Assembly (NCBI GenBank): GCA_049322915.1
Contig: JBMOPW010000034.1
Span: forward strand, 188,858 to 252,857
Length of the DNA: 64,000 nucleotides
DNA from: Candidatus Zhuqueibacterota bacterium
GTDB lineage: Bacteria > Zhuqueibacterota > Zhuqueibacteria > Thermofontimicrobiales > Thermofontimicrobiaceae
Reading direction: 5' to 3'
Shown here: in pieces, positions 1 to 6,454 of the stretch
How positions within the stretch are numbered: the first letter of the stretch is position 1
Layout of the letters: the number at the start of each line of letters is the position of its first letter
Translations under genes and position numbers: made by a program
The notes under the pieces: generated by a model
Databases searched by the model: none
What the model was told of the DNA's origin: nothing
The model's input: only the letters and a program-made list of their open reading frames with translations

Positions 1-865
1 TGCCACTGAGTGCAATGACATTGTGAGCTAACAAGCGATCCATGCCGGCAATCCCTATTGCCGGGAGCAATCCGCCGATGGTCGTTGGCATTAAACAGAC
101 CAGAAGCGCCGCCAGTACCGGCACCGAAATCATCACCCCGGAATAGCCTGCAAGATATTTCAGTGTAATCACCACCACTAAAAACAACACGGTAAGACCA
201 ACCAATAGTATCTCCAGCGCCTTCTCATTCGGAGTTTTCTGGCGTTTGGCATTCTCAACCATTTTAATCATCTGGTCGAGAAAAGTTTCGCCAGGATTGG
301 CTGTGATCCTAATCTTAATCTTGCCGGAGACAATCCGTGTTCCTCCGGTGACCCCTGTTTTATCGCCGCCGGCTTCCCGGACGACCGGCGCGGATTCGCC
401 TGTAATCGCTGATTCGTCGATCAAAGCGACCCCTTCGACGATATCGCCATCACAGGGAATGATTTCACCATCTTCGGCAGCGACCAGATCGCCCTTGACC
501 AGCATCATCGCATTGATCGGTTCAATCTTTCCATCGGCGTATATTTTTTTTGCAATCACATCTGTTCTGGACTGCTTGAGGGATTGCACCTGGGCCTTGC
601 TTTTTCCTTCTGCCAGCGCTTCGGCGAAATTGGCAAACAACACGGTAAACCACAGCCAGAGACTGATCTGGAGGTCGAAGCCATAGCTCTTACCTGCCAT
701 GATATTTTGAGCCATGATACAGGTTGTAATAATTGAGCCAAGCTCCACCACAAACATGACCGGATTGCTGAGCATATTCAGCGGGTTCAGCTTAAAAATT
801 GCATCGCGCATCGCCGCCAAAATTATTTTCGACTGCCAGATACTCTTTTGCCCACCTGTTGACAT
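1..865 (-). CDS. kdpB: Potassium-transporting P-type ATPase subunit B, N-terminal ~288 codons (gene runs off the left edge)
   Basis: Hand translation of the minus strand from ATG at ~865 gives MSTGGQKSIWQSKIILAAMRDAIFKLNPLNMLSNPVMFVVELGS...LIDESAITGESAPVVREAGGD...LLPAIGIAGMDRLL. The frame is open to position 1. It lies 15 nt downstream of kdpA, as in kdpFABC operons. It is absent from the ORF track because it is open-ended. Confidence 0.9.
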   Translation of the reverse strand, partial: MSTGGQKSIWQSKIILAAMRDAIFKLNPLNMLSNPVMFVVELGSIITTCIMAQNIMAGKSYGFDLQISLWLWFTVLFANFAEALAEGKSKAQVQSLKQSRTDVIAKKIYADGKIEPINAMMLVKGDLVAAEDGEIIPCDGDIVEGVALIDESAITGESAPVVREAGGDKTGVTGGTRIVSGKIKIRITANPGETFLDQMIKMVENAKRQKTPNEKALEILLVGLTVLFLVVVITLKYLAGYSGVMISVPVLAALLVCLMPTTIGGLLPAIGIAGMDRLLAHNVIALSG

Positions 866-880
866 AAATTTGGTCCCAAT

Positions 881-2566
881 TTAAAATACTTTTCCAGCGA
901 ATAGCGCTAAATGCTCAAGGATCGGCCCCAGAACCAGTACCGGGAAGAAAGTCAAAGCCCCGACAATAAGCACAGTGCTGATCAGGATAATCACGAATAA
1001 AGGGCTGTCGGTCGGAAATCGTGAGCTTTCATGCGTCATCTTTTTCTTTGCCAGCGAACCAGCGATCGCCAGCGCGGGAATGATGGTGCTGAAACGCCCA
1101 ACCAGCATGGCAAAAGCGAGAGTCAAATTATAAAAAATCGTATTCGCATTTAGTCCGGCAAATGCTGAACCGTTATTGCCAGCGCCCGATGCAAACGCAT
1201 AGAGGATTTCGGACAACCCATGAGGTCCGGCGTTATTCAGACTGGATAAGCCAAAGCTGCTCGAAGCCGCGATTGCCCCTGACAGAAGCTGTATGACGGA
1301 GGGCAAAACAATCGCTATCACCGCCATGATCATTTCGTAAGGCTCCAGTTTCTTCCCAAAAATTTCCGGAGTGCGGCCGATCATCAACCCGACGAGAAAC
1401 ATGGTGAGGATCGCGTACATCAACATGCTGATGAGGCCAACACCAACGCCGCCAAAGATCGCTTCGCCCACCATGATATTAAACAGCAGCACAAGTCCGG
1501 TGAGTGGCATGAAACTGTCGTGCATGGAATTCACTGCGCCGCAGGAAGTTGTCGTTGTTGATTGGGCAAACACAACGGAAGCGAGTCGGCCGAACCGCAC
1601 TTCTTTACCTTCCATATTGGCGCCGCGTTCTATCCCAAATTCTGCAAGTATTGGGTTGCTCTGAAATTCTGCCATAATGACGCCGGTGAGACCAACCAAA
1701 TAAAGAATGAGCATTGCTGCAAAAATCGCCCAACCCTGTTTTCGATTTTTGAGCATGGCTCCAAAGGTCAGTGGGAGCGCCGCCGCGATCAGCAACAGCC
1801 CGATGATCTCCAGATAATCGGTAAGGGGCGTCGGATTTTCATAGGGGTGCGATGCATTGGCATTGAAGAATCCCCCTCCATTGGTTCCCAGTTGTTTGAT
1901 TGCCTCCTGCGAAGCGACCGGACCCTGAGCGATAACCTGTTCGTGCCCTTCCAGCGTCTTTACAGTCAGATAGGGTTTAAAATTTTGAATCATTCCCTGT
2001 GAGACAAAAATGAGAGACAATAGAATCGACAGCGGCAGGAGCACATACAGAATCGAGCGAGTCAGGTCCACCCAAAAACTACCAACGGCCTCGCTTGTTT
2101 TTCTGATGAATCCTCTGATGAAAGCGATAGACGCTGCCATTCCAACCGCCGCGGATAAAAAATTCTGGACGGTCATGCCCAGCATCTGGGTGAAATAGCT
2201 CATGGTCGCCTCGCCGCTATAGGCCTGCCAATTGGTATTGGTCACGAACGAAATGGCCGTATTGAGCGCCGTGTCCCATCTCACTGCGCCAAACTTTTGA
2301 GGATTTAGCGGTAAAAGGGACTGCGCTAATTGGAGGACAAACATGGCGACAATGCCGATGACGTTGAAAACCAGCAGACTGAATGCATAGGTTTTCCAAC
2401 TCATTTCACGGGTTTCATCGATGCCCAACAGCCTGTAAAACCACTTTTCCAGGGAGCATTTCAAACTACCTGTGAAAACCTTTGTGAGATAGTGTCCAAC
2501 CGGAACGGCCAGGACAACGAGTGTACCAATCAGCAGCATCACCTGCAATACCGTGGTGATAACCAT
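881..2566 (-). CDS. kdpA: Potassium-transporting ATPase subunit A
   Basis: 561-aa polytopic ORF starting MVITTVLQVMLLIGTLVVLAVPVGHYLTKVF. Length and sequence are collinear with KdpA. It sits immediately upstream of kdpB. Confidence 0.93.
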   Translation of the reverse strand: MVITTVLQVMLLIGTLVVLAVPVGHYLTKVFTGSLKCSLEKWFYRLLGIDETREMSWKTYAFSLLVFNVIGIVAMFVLQLAQSLLPLNPQKFGAVRWDTALNTAISFVTNTNWQAYSGEATMSYFTQMLGMTVQNFLSAAVGMAASIAFIRGFIRKTSEAVGSFWVDLTRSILYVLLPLSILLSLIFVSQGMIQNFKPYLTVKTLEGHEQVIAQGPVASQEAIKQLGTNGGGFFNANASHPYENPTPLTDYLEIIGLLLIAAALPLTFGAMLKNRKQGWAIFAAMLILYLVGLTGVIMAEFQSNPILAEFGIERGANMEGKEVRFGRLASVVFAQSTTTTSCGAVNSMHDSFMPLTGLVLLFNIMVGEAIFGGVGVGLISMLMYAILTMFLVGLMIGRTPEIFGKKLEPYEMIMAVIAIVLPSVIQLLSGAIAASSSFGLSSLNNAGPHGLSEILYAFASGAGNNGSAFAGLNANTIFYNLTLAFAMLVGRFSTIIPALAIAGSLAKKKMTHESSRFPTDSPLFVIILISTVLIVGALTFFPVLVLGPILEHLALFAGKVF

Positions 2567-2694
2567 GATCTATCTTTCTGTTTTGATAATGAAAATGCTG
2601 TAACCGATATTAAATAAAGTCTGTCCGAAAACTGCTATCATTGACCTAACCACAACCCTCTCCGAAAAGGCTTACCCTGACCCATATCTTTTCT

Positions 2695-2907
2695 AACGCA
2701 GAGGTCGCAGAGACCGCAGAGGTACGCAGCGTTTTGGTACTGAAAAAAAACTGTTTGCAATCTTATGAAGCCAGGTATTTTCCTGGTTATTCTGGTCTTC
2801 TGTGACTATGGGTGAACATGACTTTCATTGATTGATTGAAAATTTTAAAATCACTCAGGCCAATTCAAAGCGGGTCATGTCTCTGCGCCCTTCGCGACCT
2901 CTGCGTT
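2695..2907. repeat. 213-bp inner sub-element X of copy A, with ~27-nt terminal inverted repeats made of CGCAGAG iterons
   Basis: Left end is AACGCAGAGGTCGCAGAGACCGCAGAGG. Right end is CTCTGCGCCCTTCGCGACCTCTGCGTT, the reverse complement of AACGCAGAGGTCGCGAAGGGCGCAGAG. The same 213-bp unit occurs reverse-complemented at 21809-22021. Confidence 0.65.
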
Positions 2908-3008
2908 TCATTTGATTTGTTAACCCTACTACGTCACATAGATTTTTTATCGTTGTATATTGTATTTTTGATAGATGAAATACTCAACATATTGTGATAA
3001 ATTTACTA

Positions 3009-3171
3009 ACCTGAATTATTCATGAACTTGCTCAGAATTTGAGTCAACATTCAGATTTTCAATTAGCTAAAGGCTAAGCTATTTTGAAACTCAGTTTTTA
3101 TACGTTTATTCCAAAAAGAGCACCATTCAGGTTAGCCAGCCTCCTCTAAAAATACTATGAATAATGCAGGC
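3009..3171. mobile_element. ~163-bp MITE-like insertion Y, nested in copy A only
   Basis: Ends are TAACCTGAATTATTCAT (3007-3023) and ATGAATAATGCAGGCTA (3157-3173), an inverted match of 15/17 nt. It is flanked by TA on both sides. Copy B has the uninterrupted site ...ATTTACTAAATGACGTTG. Confidence 0.55.
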
Positions 3172-3396
3172 TAAATGACGTTGTAGGGTTAATATCCCCC
3201 AACGTATGGGCAAGGATTAGCCTACAAGGAGAGGGAGAACAGATATTCCCCTTCTTGCCCGCAAGGTAAGAACGGGTTCAGGGGATAAGGTCTGACGGAA
3301 TGAGGTCTAAAAATATCACCCCAATAGCTAATTCAGGTGTTTTCGGACAGACACCAAATAGTTACAAAATCACGTGTAAAAGAAAATGAACATCTA

Positions 3397-4701
3397 TTAA
3401 ATTAAAATCCCGGCAATGCACGCCGTTGTCGCAGTTGCCATGGCGCCGGCAAACATAGCGCGCAAACCCAATCGCGCCAGGTCCGAACGTCGTGAGGGAG
3501 CCATCCCGCCAATGCCGCCGATTTGAATAGCGATGGATGAAAAATTGGCAAATCCGCACAACGCATAGGTGGCAATGAGAACCGTGCGCTGGGAGATAAC
3601 GCCCTGTTGAATCATCTGGCCCAAATCCACGTACGCGACAAATTCATTCAGGGTGATTTTTGTCCCCAACAGCGTGGCGAATTCAGGGACATCGCTCCAG
3701 GGCACGCCCATGACAAAAGCGATGGGAGCAAACACCCAACTGAAAACCTGTTTCAGGCTCGATGGGAAAAATGGGACGACATTATTCAATGCCTGGAAGC
3801 CGAAGTTGACCATAGCGATAAGGGCGATGAACGCCAGCAGCATGGCCCCGACATTGAGCGCCAGCTTCAATCCGTCAGCAGCGCCAGTCGCAGCCGCATC
3901 GATGACATTGGCCGTCTCCCGCTCGACCTTCATTTTGACCGTGCCTTTGGTGAGCGGCTCTTCTGTCTCCGGCAGAAAAGTTTTGGCCATGACAAAAGCG
4001 GCTGGCGCGGACATGACGCTGGCAGCCATCATGTGCCCGGGATCGATTCCGAAACGGGCGTAGGCAGCCATCACACCGCCGGCGATGTTCGAGAAACCAC
4101 TGACCATAATCGCCATCAACTCGCTCTTGGTCATGGTCGGCACATAAGGCCGAACGACCAGCGGCGCTTCCGTTTGCCCGACAAAAATATCGAAGGCTAC
4201 CGAGAGCGACTCCGCGCCCGAGGTTCGCATTGTCTTTTGCATGACCCAAGCCATGAGCTGGACAATGCGCTGCATGACGCCGAGATGATAGAGAATCCCC
4301 ATTAACGAAGCGAAGAAGATGATCGTCGGCAGGATATGAAACGCGAAGATGATCCCCAGATCGACGAAGGAACCGCTGGCCGCATCCCAGACCTGAATGG
4401 GTCCGGCGCCCCCCGGGCCAAGATTCTTCACAACGCCTGGATCGCCGCGGTAGATATTGCCGAACAAAAAACTGGCGCCGGCATCGGTGAAGCTGAGCAG
4501 ATGCATAAAAATATCCCGGAAGACGAAGAAAATGCGTTTCCCGATGGGCGTTTTCAAAATGAACAATGCGAACAGCAATTGCAGTCCAATGCCCCAGAGG
4601 ATAACGCGCAGTTGAATCGCTTTCCTGTTCTTGGAGAAAAGTACAGCAATACCGATCAGCACGACGATGCCGACGGCGCTCATGACTCGCTCAAAAATCA
4701 T
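3397..4701 (-). CDS. nupC: NupC/CNT-family nucleoside:cation symporter
   Basis: ORF 3397..4761. The sequence from M21 (MIFERVMSAVGIVVLIGIAVLFSKNRKAIQLRVILWGIGLQLLFALFIL...) matches the typical NupC N-terminus, so I place the start at ~4701. The ORF-track start is 4761. Confidence 0.85.
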   Translation of the reverse strand: MIFERVMSAVGIVVLIGIAVLFSKNRKAIQLRVILWGIGLQLLFALFILKTPIGKRIFFVFRDIFMHLLSFTDAGASFLFGNIYRGDPGVVKNLGPGGAGPIQVWDAASGSFVDLGIIFAFHILPTIIFFASLMGILYHLGVMQRIVQLMAWVMQKTMRTSGAESLSVAFDIFVGQTEAPLVVRPYVPTMTKSELMAIMVSGFSNIAGGVMAAYARFGIDPGHMMAASVMSAPAAFVMAKTFLPETEEPLTKGTVKMKVERETANVIDAAATGAADGLKLALNVGAMLLAFIALIAMVNFGFQALNNVVPFFPSSLKQVFSWVFAPIAFVMGVPWSDVPEFATLLGTKITLNEFVAYVDLGQMIQQGVISQRTVLIATYALCGFANFSSIAIQIGGIGGMAPSRRSDLARLGLRAMFAGAMATATTACIAGILI

Positions 4702-4833
4702 ACTTTGATTCCTTGTAAAAATAAACTGCCTGATATTCGGACATCCATCACGAAGTATCAAGCATGGGTTAGGGATTAACGGTCACACACCGAATTGAAC
4801 CTTTCGAATTGCAACCTGTTCGGAATTGCGTAT

Positions 4834-4890
4834 TCCAAAAATATGAAATTCCGTTGTTTTAACTCACCCGCTATTATTAAACGCAACGGA
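4834..4890 (-). terminator. Possible terminator of the dcm-vsr operon
   Basis: 7-bp stem TCCGTTG / CAACGGA (4850-4856 / 4884-4890), 24 nt after the vsr stop. On the minus strand it is followed by ATTTCATATTTTT. The 27-nt loop is large, so this is weak. Confidence 0.25.
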
Positions 4891-4914
4891 GGAAAAATCA
4901 GGTGTAGTGATTTG

Positions 4915-5331
4915 TTAGGCCACAGTCTTATCTATAAATTCTTTCAATTTATTCATGATTACGGGATCATGATCTCTTAGCTCGCACTCCCAGATGATGA
5001 AATAGCTCCATCCGCTTGCTACTAAAAGCTGATAATTTTCCTGATCACGTCTGACATTATCATGTATCTTTCCTTCCCAGAAATCTTTATTTGACCGTGG
5101 CCACTTGAAATACTTGCAACAATGCTTATGCCAGAAACAACCATGCACAAAGACAGCCTTTTTTCGACGGGAGAAAACTATATCAGGTTTGCCTGGCAGG
5201 TCTTTCCGATGAAGTCGATATCTGTATCCCCGAGACCACAGCCATTTACGAACAAACAACTCCGGTTTTGTGTCCTTGCCTTTTATCCGGGACATGTTGT
5301 AGCTACGTCGTTCCAGCGAGTGAACATCCAT
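4915..5331 (-). CDS. vsr: Very short patch repair (T:G mismatch) endonuclease
   Basis: 138 aa with MSRIKGKDTKPELFVRKWLWSRGYRYRLH...PDIVFSRRKKAVFVHGCFWHKH, the Vsr signature. Its start overlaps the upstream stop as TAATG. Confidence 0.9.
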   Translation of the reverse strand: MDVHSLERRSYNMSRIKGKDTKPELFVRKWLWSRGYRYRLHRKDLPGKPDIVFSRRKKAVFVHGCFWHKHCCKYFKWPRSNKDFWEGKIHDNVRRDQENYQLLVASGWSYFIIWECELRDHDPVIMNKLKEFIDKTVA

Positions 5332-6443
5332 TATTCTGTCTCCCCGGATGTGGCAATCACCTCTCTTATTATTTTGTTTCGATCGATTTCAGGTTGACCT
5401 TGACGGGCATAATAGGAAGAAAAACGTGACAAAATATCTTTCACGAAGTGCGGAGATATCTGAATGTGCGGCTGATTATAAGCGTTCTCGAATTGATCTA
5501 TTGTACATGTTGATATTTTTCTGAAATTAATAAATCCACCATAGAAGTAATCTGTCTCAGGCAACCAGTGAAAATAATCCGTGTAATTATTGCCAAATAA
5601 GTTGTTGAGCTTATTCTTTTTCTTGTCTTTTTGAGTAATGCCATTCAAAGCGACCTCAATAATCGAATTCCTTTCTTCAACTTCTACGAGAAGGATACGG
5701 TCGGTTTTAAAATTGCCATCGCTTCTGACAACCAGATCACAAGCCGGACTTAATAGCACATAAAGGTCATTCCCCTCCCTTTTCCTTACAATGCTTCCAG
5801 TCTTTGGGCCATCCGATAGTGGCGGATAAATATAGACTTCCTCCGGGTAACATTGATTTTCATCTTCATCAAGAATCTGTACAAGATGATTAAGCGTGAA
5901 ACGAAGTAATGCTTTTTCGGTTCTTGTAGGATTTTCTCTCCCATAAATTTCCCACACCCTTAGCTGGGGCAACAGATTCTTCACAAACACCTTATTTAAT
6001 GCCTCCTCTATCTTTCCCCTTCCCCCCATTATTTTCGTCAGTCCTGTATTATAAATTTCAAAAAACACATCCAGTATGTCTTTTTGGTAATCTGCCTCTC
6101 CTTTTTTAAGTACTTTTACCAATTCAGATTTTTCTTCCTCACCTATACTGTCCGGCGTCCCCGTTAGAATAATCACAGGTATTCTGAAAAAAGAATCTTT
6201 GATTTTTTCCAACACATCTTTTCCTCTGTTATCGCCATCAGAAAATTTCAGATCTACAATTGCACCATCAAACGAACCGTCTATTTCATTAAGAGCGTCA
6301 TCTACTGATTTGCATTCTATCAGTTTAAAAACCAGACCAATGCCTTCGTCATTTCTCTTCTTTTGGTAGATCTCAATAGAATCCCTACAAACTTTTAAAT
6401 CCGATTCGTCGTCTTCAATAATCATCAGTTTGATCTCATGCAT
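5331..6443 (-). CDS. Receiver (REC) domain protein with an unrecognised ~240-aa C-terminal domain (REC-X)
   Basis: The N-terminus MHEIKLMIIEDDESD...AIVDLKF...IPVIILTGT...KKGE has the receiver acidic pair, a putative phospho-acceptor D64, and the T and K positions. Residues ~130-370 match no family I recognise. A GGAG Shine-Dalgarno (SD) motif lies 8 nt upstream of the ATG. Confidence 0.8.
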   Translation of the reverse strand: MHEIKLMIIEDDESDLKVCRDSIEIYQKKRNDEGIGLVFKLIECKSVDDALNEIDGSFDGAIVDLKFSDGDNRGKDVLEKIKDSFFRIPVIILTGTPDSIGEEEKSELVKVLKKGEADYQKDILDVFFEIYNTGLTKIMGGRGKIEEALNKVFVKNLLPQLRVWEIYGRENPTRTEKALLRFTLNHLVQILDEDENQCYPEEVYIYPPLSDGPKTGSIVRKREGNDLYVLLSPACDLVVRSDGNFKTDRILLVEVEERNSIIEVALNGITQKDKKKNKLNNLFGNNYTDYFHWLPETDYFYGGFINFRKISTCTIDQFENAYNQPHIQISPHFVKDILSRFSSYYARQGQPEIDRNKIIREVIATSGETE

Positions 6444-6454
6444 GATTAATTCTC

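Larger units (their letters stand above)
2619..3352. mobile_element. Composite nested MITE-like non-coding repeat, copy A (~734 bp)
   Basis: 14-nt terminal inverted repeat GTCTGTCCGAAAAC (2619-2632) / GTTTTCGGACAGAC (3339-3352). No credible ORF. A second copy lies at 21614-22168 with co-oriented arms but an inverted core (see findings). Confidence 0.7.

Noticed and set aside
2567-2618. Looked for kdpF upstream of kdpA
   Set aside because: There is no short hydrophobic ORF ending next to the kdpA start. The space before the repeat is only ~50 nt.
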